This document shows positions 27,609-40,110 of a stretch of 64,000 nt of DNA, in pieces (the first letter of the stretch is position 1; each line of letters begins with the position of its first letter). The translations under genes were made by a program, and so were the position numbers. A model generated the notes under the pieces. The model saw nothing but the letters and a program-made list of their open reading frames with translations. It had not been told where the DNA came from and ran no database searches. The DNA lies in the NCBI GenBank assembly GCA_964016885.1, contig OZ024746.1, forward strand, positions 67,332,001 to 67,396,000, read 5' to 3'. This stretch comes from Eledone cirrhosa (Eukaryota).

Positions 27609-28411
27609 CTTCTTTTTCATGAGTCATCCGATGCATTAATGTGGTTGCAAAGTTCGAGATCCTTAATACTCGGTCGAGCATAACAGTGAACCAAGAAAAA
27701 ATATCTATATGCTTGGACGTGAAAATTAAGTCATATTTGATATACTTATAGCCCATATTATCCCCTAGGATCCGTTTAAACAGAATTTTGTATTGTATTA
27801 CTTTTTCCAGCAGCCAATACGCCCATTCTGGATGACGATGATGGTTTGAGGGATCATTCTAGAGTGTCTTTGAAGCTGCTACAGACAGAACAATCTCCTC
27901 ACTGGCGCTGACATCTGGATTGCTCAGGCATGAAAATGCGAAGACCGCTGAGACCTTACTTTGCTACGAGCGTAAATTATAGTATTGCGAAAACGTAATA
28001 CAAAGACATCGTCACACGCTTACCAATACAACAAATTACATGTATGTTTCTGGCAATTTCGATTCAAATCATCTACTGTGTATGCAGATATATATCTATT
28101 ATATACGCCAGCTGCGAAATTAATTATTTGATATATAATTAAATTAGCTACCACTCAAAGGACTTTATTTAAGCAAACTAGTATGTCGTGTTCCCTAGTT
28201 CTGCCATATCTGATACATAGTATATAGAATATGTCTTTGTATGCTTTGTGTGGATTGTGAATATGCAGCCTGTATCTTAATTTGATCAAATTTAATTAAG
28301 TTGATCTGAGGTGGGTCGAAAACATAGCACACTCATTTTCTTTGCTAGTTTCCTTAACGCTTACTATCATTCCGTTGGTATACATCTATAATACAATTTA
28401 TAATATAATTC

Positions 28412-28469
28412 ACACCCAATGAGGTCACCAGGTTCTTACGCTACCTGGCCACTGAAATGTGCATAGTGT
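28412..28469 (+). ncRNA. Degenerate hammerhead with family E-like stem II
   Basis: acac-CCAATGA-ggtcaccagg..cctggccact-GAAA-tgtgca-TA-gtgt. Confidence 0.55.
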
Positions 28470-28740
28470 TTAGAGTAATAAAAAATTAATGAAATTCAAC
28501 ATATTTGGCCTCCTGGCATTTCAATTTATAATATATAATTCTTTGCTTAAACTTTAATCTGTTATATATATATATATATATATATATTATTAATATTAAA
28601 GTTTAAGCAAGAATCGCTGCTTTCTCCCTTAACGGGATCCTCTGAAACTGTTATTTTAATCAATATTTGCTCTATAGTTTTATATATATATTATCTTTGT
28701 CGAGCCCTCTTCGGATTTTAGTCTTCAGATTTATTATTAT

Positions 28741-28821
<81 letters not shown>

Positions 28822-28828
<7 letters not shown>

Positions 28829-28980
28829 ACATTCAGGACCCCGACGGCTGAGCTTCGGCCGTTTCGACAGCACAGCCGTTGGCGTCCTGAATATTTTCAT
28901 ATTACCGGCTTTACTACCCCAAGTATCGAATACTTTCGTTAGCTGTGGTCCACCTTTTTTTTTACCACACCCTATCTGAT
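28822..28980. mobile_element. Fold-back + tail element (family A)
   Basis: Arms ~28821-28850 / 28873-28902; tail similar to 16288-16365. Confidence 0.8.
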
Positions 28981-28997
28981 AAATATATATATATTTT

Positions 28998-29690
28998 TAG
29001 CTTAGCCGCAGCCTAAAGCTTCGTTAATGCTGTACTAAAATTTGTATTTTAACTCCTAGAATTAACGATTAACTGATTAATTTAATTAGACAATTCTATT
29101 GATTGATTAATTGTTTATATTTGTTTGATAACTTCTGGTTGAGTGCTTAATTCGGTTTGTCTAAGGGAATTGCATTCCTTTGTCTCAAATTTCGAATTCA
29201 CCGCCAAAACAGGGGTTACCTTCCTTGGAGAAAACCACGTGTCTATAGCGAAATTAACTGCTACAACACACCCGCTGAGGCTAAAAACGCAAGATTTGTT
29301 GAAGAAGTAAATCCTTTGTTCTGTCATCAAAGGCCATTAACTTGCAGACCCCTGCAAGCGGAATTAGTCGATCTCGGATTTACAGAACGCTAGCGTGGAT
29401 GTTGTATGTTGTATGTGATGTATATCGTATGCTATACGATATGCATTATGTATTGCATTCGGTCTTTGCGCGATGGTCCAGGTCAGTCTAAAATCTTTTC
29501 CTGAGTCCAACCATTTTCGTTGCTATGGCAATGCGGCTCGACTGCCGATCGCTATATTTGATTTGCAAAGCTGTCTAGACGTATTGTTATTACTCTGGGG
29601 CATTCTTCTCTATCGAGTGCAAAAGCTACCTTCCGAATTTGCATTCGTTAGCTTAGCCGCAGCCTAAGGCTTCGTTAATGCTGTACTAAA

Positions 29691-29693
<3 letters not shown>
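28998..29693 (+). mobile_element. ~650-bp non-coding element with 46-bp terminal direct repeats between (TA)n tracts
   Basis: tagcttagccgcagcctaa(a/g)gcttcgttaatgctgtactaaaattt at 28998-29043 and ~29649-29694. Confidence 0.7.
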
Positions 29694-30590
<897 letters not shown>

Positions 30591-32294
30591 CTTTCTGTAA
30601 AATATTACAAGGTGGATATGTAAGGCTTATGTACACAATTGAATATGCTATTATGCATAATAAAGCGCAATGCTTTTCATTCTACTGATGTCTTTTTGTT
30701 GTACGTTTTGCACCTGCGAAAATTATAAAGATTTCTTTGTTCAGTATCCAAGCATTCTTTTAAAATAGTATTGTGTATTTCCTATAGCAATTCTCCCTAT
30801 TTACTGCGATTTTAATTGTTATATAATGTTACAATTTTTCGGTGTGAACATTTTTCAAATAAATCGAATCTAAATTTAAAATTGTTGTAATATTTATGGA
30901 AATAGGCGTAAAATAGTATTTATATTAAAAAAACTATCAGTTAAATAATAAATTGATTTTTCTTGTGTCTAGGGATGGTTTGTCTATTTTCTTTATAACG
31001 AGGTAAATAACCTAATTGGTAGAGTATAGAACAATATATAGTATTTGGTATGTCACTTTCTGTTTATACTGTAACCCATTGCCCGAAAGGGATGATTAGG
31101 CTGTTCATCCTCCCAAATTCAGTATGGTCGGTATAACTATCTATAGCATTTTATGGTGTGTCCCTGTATGGTCATCGTTCAACGACCGAAATGAGTAATA
31201 AACGTGTGGATATAAGATGTAGCATCGCTTTATCTATTAATTTAAATGTATTTTGCGACATATTTCAGAGGTCGTTGTTTCGTTTGTTGCGTTTTGTGGA
31301 TACTCCAATTTGTTTTAAAACAAAAATAAAAGGACATACATAGAATTTGGTAGTCTGACAAATAATATTGATTGTTGAAATTTTGTGGCAGTATTTCTTT
31401 ATAAATATCTCTTGAATGAAGAAAAATAATTTAATAGGCGCTTAATTACTATTTGACGTGACTACTTTTGATAATAACAGTTATTAATTTTATAAGACCC
31501 TGTAATTATCCTTGATTTATACAAGTTCTTAGAATTTCTATGCAGACGATATAAATGAGAAAATGAAAACGCACACAGCAAACAAAAACATAAATAAATA
31601 AATAAATAACAAAGAAATGTTCAACCTACAGAGCACCTTCGTGTAAGTAATCAAATTAAAATTAGAAATAAAGTTAAAATCAATCGGCGTTAGCAAAAAT
31701 ATTTGAAATAAAAGTTGTGTAAGCAAATCATTATTCAGAGCTAATTAACATTAAACAACCTGTCTTGCTGTTTTATTTTCATACTCACCTGAACTTGGTT
31801 CATTCAACATATATTAGAGTATATAACTATCGTAAAAAATTTAATTAATTAACTAATTCATAATTAGCTACTCCGAATAATACGGAAGCAGATAGATAAC
31901 GTTAATTAAATAATATAGAAAATAGTAGACGGGGACTTTTTGTTTACTTAGAAACAGAATTGAAGAGTATTGTGATTGGTGTACACAGGCGTGCGAGCAT
32001 ATGCATGCGTGTGTATGTGTATGCAGTGGCGTGTGTGTAGGTGTGCGATTATGCAGGATCGAGAGTATGTGAGCAAGCACGTTTTTTATATACATATATA
32101 AATATATATATATATATATCAACTCCTTATTATATATATATATACATATTATATATACTTATTATATATATATATATTCATTAGTTAAGCAGAACAAGAC
32201 CACAAATTTCACAAGGAAGACATTATTAAAGGATTGTCAAAATATTTTAGTTTGATGTAAGGAATGTACAGAATAATAATAATAATATTAATAA

Positions 32295-32505
32295 TAATTG
32301 TTTCTACTTTTAGCACAAGGCCAGCAATTACCAAGTACATTACTGGTACTTTATTTTATCGACCCCGTAAGGATGAAAGGTAAAGTTAACCTTGGAGGGA
32401 TTTGAACTCAGACCGTAAAGGGACGTAACTCTATGCTAGAAAGCATGGCGTCCGACCCTCTACTGATACTGCCAATCCACTTCCCTTACTGCCAATCCAT
32501 TGCCC
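32295..32505 (-). mobile_element. tRNA-derived SINE with duplicated 5' tip
   Basis: Antisense A box TGGCAGTATCAG, B box GAGTTCAAATCC, core cctttcatccttacggggtcgataaaata (resembles the Meta/MESC SINE domain). Confidence 0.88.
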
Positions 32506-32534
32506 TTATAATAATATTAATAATAATAATGTCC

Positions 32535-32653
32535 GTTTACAATTGTTTCGCTACTCCATATAATATTTCTGGATCAAATGACTATATATCATTATTGATC
32601 TGGTTCAGTTGAAAATAATTAACATATTTAAAAACAGAGCGGCTCATCGAAAC
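32535..32653 (-). ncRNA. Degenerate hammerhead with ~94-nt stem II
   Basis: Reverse complement gtt-TCGATGA-gccgctct..ggagtagc-GAAA-CAATTG-TA-aac. Confidence 0.55.
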
Positions 32654-32975
32654 TTCAAAGGAATATAAATTAAAATAAGGAGAGAATGTTACATAATGTA
32701 ATGTGCAATACATTGGTATTTCACTATGGTGTCCTGGGTGTATCAATTGTCAGCCATAATCAAGCAGTATTCATCTGTCGAGGCTGCATTGTGTGAGATC
32801 TACCTATGGGTAACAAGATGGCCGCCAATGAACATATTTACCTTATTAATTAGAGGGTGGTTTCAGGGGAAGTAACTCCTCGAGAGATTAGAAATTGTGG
32901 GTAGTTTATAGTTAAGTGCTAATTTTTTATTTTTTATTTAACTTATTAGCTACAAGTAAAAATGGGGCTAGATGA

Positions 32976-34948
32976 CTATGTGGGGTCAAATATTCTGTTG
33001 GCGAAGGAATTAGCCCTTCGATGTTGACAGCTAATAGTTACCTCCGTTCTATCGTTAATCGGTAGAGGTCGTGATAGAGTTATGTAATATGCTTCGGTAA
33101 TACAGAGATCACAAGATTTTCTTCGTCCATTGAATGGTTGGGCCCTAACTGAGATATCCCATGTTAGTGAGTGTTCAATGTTGGTTAATTTAAGGTTTTT
33201 AATGAGCCTAGCTAGAGATGTCTAACATCTGTTGTTAGGGTCTCGGAAGGAAAAAGAGTGCGCGTTATAGCGTACCTTAAAAGGGTTATAGGTAGACCCG
33301 ATATAAGAACTGGTATTCGAAGCAGTTTTAACCGTGCACCTATAGACTATGTTGGGTGTCAGGCAGTGTCTATTTAATGGGCATGCATTAGGGTAACGGC
33401 AGTTGCAGTTGCTTCTGCGATTAGTGAGAGTAGGGTAGTTTAACCTAAGCGGTTGGTCAGTGTTAGAAGGATTAGATGGGGGAGGTGTGCTACTAGAGCA
33501 AGTATTGGTGTAGTGGCGTGGTGTATTTGGTAGGGGTGGTGGTACCGCGGTGTGGGAGTTATACTGTCTTAGTTTATGGTGGTTACTGAATGCGATGTGG
33601 CTAGCTAGGTTAGGTGTTGTGGAGATTGAGATTTTAATGTTATTTTTATTAAAGAGTTTGTAATATCTATGTTTGGGGGGAAATGTTTAGATAGGATAGA
33701 GAAGAAGCGTTTAGGGATATTAGTGGCTAGATTATATGAAAATGGGGGGTTAGGCCAGGTGATACTTCTAGGCCTATTCCTTCTAGGGGTTCTAGTGGAG
33801 TTGGTAGGGGCATTCCTAGGGTTATTATTACCTGGGGATTTGTTATTTGTCATCCCATTTCTCATTCCTATTCTAGGGTTGATTTTTAGTTTGCTACTTG
33901 GAGTGGGGAGCAGGCCGCTGCCACCATTAAAGGTCCCTGTATAGGTGCTGTAACTTCTAAAATTCCGGCGAATCTGGCTATATGCTAAGGTATTTCTAGT
34001 TCTAGTGTTAAGTTTATTATGGTGAATTGCTGCGTTATGGCATTTAGGTATGTAGTAAATGGATTGTTCATAACCAGATTCAGAAAGAGCCTTATTATAA
34101 TATGGTGCATGGTTTATAAATATCTCCTCATTTGCTGATAGCATGGAGATCCTATACGAGATTGATTTGATTACTGCTCTGATGACTGCCGGTGGTTAGA
34201 GTGTGGGCTAATATATGTGAGTATTTCACCTGGTTTATGGTAAGGGTAATATAGGTTATTGTTAAGATCCAGGGTGACGTCTAGGAAGTTTACTACTTTA
34301 TGGTTCGGCTCGATGGTAATAGAGAGACCGTTATTTTAAATCTATGTATTTTTTTTTAGATCAAATCAATGCCCCGATTAGTGCAATTGTGGACTGCAAA
34401 TAGGGCGTCGTCCCTGTATAGTCCGCCTTGCAAGGGTTGGATTTCGGTTCTGATGTTACGTAATAGGTAAATTCCAACTAAATCGGTAATTTGGGCAGAG
34501 TCACTTGAGCCCATTGTGATGTCAAAGTTGTCTGTTCTGTCTGTTCTAGTCCAATGTGCTCCGTTGAATTCAATGATGGTCTGCCTAGCCATAAGTATGA
34601 TGTCAATCTCATTATTGGTTATGTCCGAGTTGGTGCTGGCTAGGGTTAATGCTTTGTTGAGCAGTTCCGGGGTTATTGAAGCATAATAGCTGCCAATGTC
34701 AAATTGGATGAACCTCACAGATTGCTTGGACCTTAGATCGGAGAACCATTTAATGACTTGGCCGGTGTTGGACCACAACTTGTAGGTGATATCATCTCGT
34801 AGCCCAGGGATGATCCTATCAAGGATGTTCTGACTGATACGACCCAGGTCGGATGGGGATGGGCTTATAAGTCTAATAGATGGGTTCTCTATAAAGTTTG
34901 GCTTAAGATCCTTGAGAGAGAACCTTGGGGTTGTTGGTACATAAGGGT

Positions 34949-34952
<4 letters not shown>
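32976..34952 (-). pseudogene. PLE RT + GIY-YIG pseudogene with frameshifts and a stop
   Basis: PRFSLKDLKPNF..IRLISP..SDLGRIS, FIQFDIGSYYASI, MGSSDSAQ, GGLYRDDAL, WPNPP, CNCRYPNACPLNRHC, IVYRC..SYIG..FKVRYNAH..RC*TSL, CDLC. Confidence 0.93.
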
Positions 34953-35006
<54 letters not shown>

Positions 35007-35009
<3 letters not shown>

Positions 35010-35093
35010 AAAGAATAGAGGTGTAACACACAAGTTATGATATATTGGTAAACGGAAAAGAAAATGCATTTTCTTTTCCGTTTACCAATATAT
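35007..35093. mobile_element. Tail + spacerless 54-bp palindrome (family G)
   Basis: atatattggtaaacggaaaagaaaatg|cattttcttttccgtttaccaatatat. Confidence 0.8.
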
Positions 35094-35595
35094 ATATATA
35101 TAATATATATATATATGTGTGTGTGTGTGTATCTTTTTATATGTGTGTGTATGTATGAGTGTCTATGTGTGTGTGTGTCTGTGGAATGATATGTATGTTG
35201 GCGCCAGCGTGTGTGTTTATGCATTGTATACGTAAAAAATTAATATTTACTTCGGATACCATTCGCACCTAAAGCTTGCGATATTGTACAATTATTTCGT
35301 TTTGTTTCTGTTTGTCTTTAATTTCAATGTTACCACTTGCAAATCAGAATAGTAGTAACTTACTGAATAGTAGTTATTAGTGTCCTCTGAACTGAGTGCT
35401 CAACCAAATACGGATATAGCCTCCCTGGTTCTACAACTATATATATATATATATTAGAAATTGAGGTTTTTTTTACAAAATGAAAAATAATCGAGGTGTC
35501 CTACACGAGTGAAAGTATTAAGAAAAAAAGCTGAAATCGAAAATGCAACTGGAGTCTTATTTTTTTTTAAAATATATATATTTATTTGGTTCTTT

Positions 35596-35637
<42 letters not shown>

Positions 35638-35671
35638 CACACAATTATTATTACTATATATATATATATAT

Positions 35672-35909
<238 letters not shown>

Positions 35910-35917
35910 ATATATAT

Positions 35918-36104
<187 letters not shown>

Positions 36105-36150
36105 GCTGCACACACATATATATATATTATTACTATATATATATATATAT

Positions 36151-36583
36151 GGAATAGAATGAAACGAAATTTCATTTCTCACTCCTAGTACGGCACTTAT
36201 TTAAATGTAAGTATGTATGTATACGTACATACACATATGTATACAGACGTACAGTAGTATGTATATATATATACATACATGCACACACATATACATATGC
36301 ACGTACCGAACATTTATTATAATGCTCGATAGCTAATAAGTTTGAAACTAGTACATCGTTCCTGTGTCAGTGTTGAACAAAAAGGTGACGTGGTTGCCTA
36401 AACACTGTGCGGCGTAATTCGGGCTGTTTGTTTGTTTACAAACAAACAAACCGACCATTATAATAAATGTTCAGCAAACCGATACGTGCATATATATATA
36501 TATGTGTGCATTTATGTATATATATACATACTACTGTACGTCTGTATACATATGTGTATGTACGTATACATACATACATACTT

Positions 36584-36588
<5 letters not shown>
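36151..36588. mobile_element. Fold-back + tail element (family C) with 5'-truncated hammerhead at 36322-36360 (+)
   Basis: Arms ~36205-36323 / 36457-36588; cgatagctaataagttt-GAAA-ctag-TA-catcgtt. Confidence 0.8.
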
Positions 36589-36615
<27 letters not shown>

Positions 36616-36618
<3 letters not shown>

Positions 36619-36700
36619 GAAAAAAGGCAGGACCCCGACGGCCGAGCCCCGGCCGCCCCGACAGCTAGTTGCGAACGCCTCCATCAAACTACTGAAACTA
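36616..36700 (-). mobile_element. Family A fragment with clustered T>C (A>G on the - strand) changes
   Basis: 36629-36665 versus 28835-28871: six differences, all T>C. Confidence 0.75.
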
Positions 36701-37250
36701 CCTTTTAACAGAATCTACCCACTCAACAATACGGGGAGTTAATTTTTTCTGGAGCGTCAGTCTTGTGATATTATGTTTTGTGCTGAGCGAACATAACTCC
36801 CATAGACTATAACCATAAATTAATTTCTTTAAATGTCACCGTTAATTTGTTGAATTAGGAAGGAAGACAGACGGAAGAAACAGAATGAGGAAAAGAAAAT
36901 TTAAGAGAACAGCCACGTTGATTCGTGTATTCTTTTAACAGATGAACTTTTTTTTAAATCAACAAAGTATCACTCCGATGACCTATGCTACCACCGCTAC
37001 AGACACTACTACTAAGCAAATCCTGCATCTCCGAAAACTTAAGAGGTGCCGATAATAAAAACTAACTGAATGAAATACAGATAACGATAATGACAAAAGG
37101 TAATAACTATTTCAAAAACTATTAAAGATAGTGCCAGAAAACAAGTAAATTTATAAAATTTCTGTGACAGAACGCAAGATTTCGACAATAATAAATTCCT
37201 TTAAATCTAAATAAATATACAGAGCATTTGTTGATTATTTCGAAAAATAA

Positions 37251-37372
37251 GGGCGGTGGGTTGTAAGTATCGGTAGAGCGTCGAACAACATACTTTCTGG
37301 CATATAATTACGGTCCTTTACGTTCTGACTTCAAATCCTGCCATTACAGGGTCGATAAAATATAACAGTAAT
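37251..37372 (+). mobile_element. tRNA-derived SINE, internally deleted
   Basis: gggcggtggg..gtatcggtagagcgtcg..gacttcaaatcc..gggtcgataaaata. Confidence 0.7.
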
Positions 37373-38423
37373 GGATTGTGTTTAATTTCCCTTCCCTTCA
37401 AATTACAAACATATTTAATAAATTGAAGGGAATATGTAAAATTATATAATTAGCAGAATGTCGAGCAAATTTCCTTGTGGTATGGAGTTACATCCTTATA
37501 TGTCCTAAGTTCAAATCCTGACGGCGACGAATATTGTATATCATATTTCGGGGAGTCGATAAACTAATTTGTAGCATTGTATTGAGTTTGGTATAATCGG
37601 CTGTACTCCCAATTTCATACAGACATACAAATCGTGTGAATCTGTTACAGATGATATACTACATTTTTGTACGACGTGATGAAAGTTGGGTTGCTATAAT
37701 CACTAAAGCAAACATTACTCAAAGGTCGAGATTCACTAATTTAAATAGAAATCCCTTGATCAGACTGTTTAAGTAATATATATTGCCAATAATCTGTAAA
37801 ATGAATTAATAACAAAGCTGTTATAACACTTTTATTTACATGTAATTTTCCTACAGAACATAAATACGATATACAACTATTTTATTAATTCAGATTTGCA
37901 TCTAGCGCATCGTAATAATCTCGGACCCACTACCTCATATAGCTCGCCAATCACGGAATATATCACAAAAATGTCCCCTAATTATTACGATATACTCATA
38001 TGAAACAACACTATTCATTTCATATTATTGAATGTTCAACAATCGGTACATGAGCGAAAGTTTGAATATATTATTTGTAATAAAAGCTCTATACGCATTA
38101 TCTTAATTATCTTGTGAAACTTTCATAAGAGTCATGAATGTAGAAACAAAATGGTCAATAAGCTATTCAAATATACTCCCAAGCCATACGCTTAATCGTA
38201 GAATGATTGTAAACTTACTGCCGGTATTGCTGTTGCTTTCCCTTGTTTACTCATAAATGAGCAACTCTATTCCAAAAATGGCTATTCGGTATATTCGTCT
38301 AAATGGAATTACATTTTTCGATATGTCTTTTCAATTCTTTAAGATGAAGCGTGGCTCCTATTTCTAGCTTACCAAAGGATCGAGTAGTAGCTCAGTTGTT
38401 GGCTCATATGCTAATTAATCTTC

Positions 38424-38613
38424 GTGGTAGATTGGCAGTATCGGTAGAGGGTCGAACGCCATGCTTTGCAGCATAGAGTTACGACCCTTTATGATCTGAC
38501 TTCAAATCCCACCGAGGTTAACTTTGCCTTTCATCCTTACGGGGTCGATAAAATAAAGTACCAGTAATACACTGGGGTAACAGCTGGCCTTGTGCCAAAA
38601 GTAGAAGCAGTTA
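38424..38613 (+). mobile_element. tRNA-derived SINE
   Basis: A box tggcagtatcgg, B-box-like gacttcaaatcc, core gcctttcatccttacggggtcgataaaata, end ggccttgtgccaaaagtagaa. Confidence 0.9.
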
Positions 38614-39083
38614 ATTTTACAATGGCTTAAACTCTATGTAGGGAAATGGTGAGAGAAATATTTTCATTTACTGTTTTCTTGTTAATAGTAGCGTTGCTAT
38701 TAAGTGTGGAGCAATCTCCTCCCTTACTAATGCTGCACACCCAAAACTAAGCATCAACTATTCCTAACCCACTTTAATGTTTTAAAACATTTTATTTACA
38801 GTATTTTGCTGAATATAAGTGCATGTACGGAAAATACAATACAAAACGTATCATCAAAATAATTACTAAAATTACACGTGGGTATTGCACTTATATACAT
38901 TAAAAGTAGTGACACCAAACATAATGCGATATATACAGAGAGATTAAATAAAAACAACCCACACACGTACGTAGCCTCTAAGTAGATTTGTGACACTCCA
39001 CATGTCCGCCATCATCTGCCCCAAGCACTACAATTTAGTATTTCGGAATGTGCCAATAGGCATATTGTGCATATTATATTTAA

Positions 39084-39273
39084 TAATTGTTTCTACTTTT
39101 GGCACAAGGCCAGTAATTATCCCAGTGCATTACTGGTACTTTATTTTATCGACCCCATAAGGATGAAAGGCAAAGTTAACCTCGGCGGGATTTGAACTCA
39201 GACCTTAAACGGCCGTAACTATGCTGAAAAGTATGGCGTCTGACCCTCTACCGATACTGCCAATCCACCGCCC
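39084..39273 (-). mobile_element. tRNA-derived SINE with 17-bp TSD
   Basis: Full antisense copy; atattatatttaataat at 39071-39087 and 39279-39295. Confidence 0.92.
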
Positions 39274-39860
39274 TTTATATATTATATTTAATAATGATTC
39301 TAGACTATCTATGAGTGTGTGATTGTATCTACCTGCTTATGCTTGCATATGTGTGCGTGGGGTATGTGATGTTTTTGTGTGAGGGTGTGAGACTGGTTTT
39401 GTGGGAACATAAGAGTGATTTGTAAATGCACTTATAGAGAAGTCGGCTAATATATCCGCCTGAACCAAATTAAATATTAATTACATATGCTTTGAAATAA
39501 TAAAAACACAACCGTAATTTCCTTCCTAATATAACTAACTAACCAGGAAATTATATAATGTCTTGCAAAAATCACTTAATGATTATTTCCACTGTAGTGA
39601 CAGGGTTAATATTAACATATAACTCCTCTCTATAAATAAATCAATCGGAAGGTGAGAGTTGTAATTCGCAGGCAATAAGCCAATAGACTAGATTACCTTG
39701 ATGAGCAGTTTCTATATGTATAAGTCTGAGTTCGAATACTTGCATTGTTTTAGTTTTTTTCTTTCTTTCTGAGATTGCCAATTCAATACCTTCTTTATTT
39801 ATACAAGTGTCTCTTCATACAATATAAATTATGTAATAAAAATGGGGATAGAAAATATAT

Positions 39861-39925
<65 letters not shown>

Positions 39926-39954
39926 GCGTGTGCGTATGTATGTGTGTGTGTATA

Positions 39955-40110
39955 AAGTCAACAAGGAAAAACAATTCGAGAGAACAATACAGTACAGTGA
40001 TTATATACTTGTAAATTAGTTTAACGCTTGATATAGTAGGAAAATACTCTCAAGTTTTTGGTCGTTAGTCCTTCATTGGAAGACAGAGTTACAAATAAAA
40101 GTAATCGAAA
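39955..40110 (-). mobile_element. Old PLE-like terminus with decayed hammerhead (family F)
   Basis: taacgcttgatatagtaggaaaata..cgttagtccttcat shared with 15170-15320. Confidence 0.5.

Larger units (their letters stand above)
32178..34953 (-). mobile_element. Decayed Naiad-type PLE, 5'-truncated, with a SINE in its 3' end
   Basis: RT-EN pseudogene, degenerate hammerhead at 32535-32653, (TA)n on both sides. Confidence 0.85.

Noticed and set aside
27811-27911. Possible + strand exon after a pyrimidine-rich ttttccag
   Set aside because: Short frame ending in a stop, no recognisable motif and no partner exons.
31781-31810. Minus-strand ATG TTG AAT GAA CCA AGT TCA G|GTGAGT mini-exon
   Set aside because: Good donor match but only 22 nt, with no downstream exon identified; needs RNA data.
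38424-38520. tRNA gene (A and B boxes)
   Set aside because: The boxes belong to multi-copy SINE heads followed by a SINE core and tail; no complete cloverleaf recognised.
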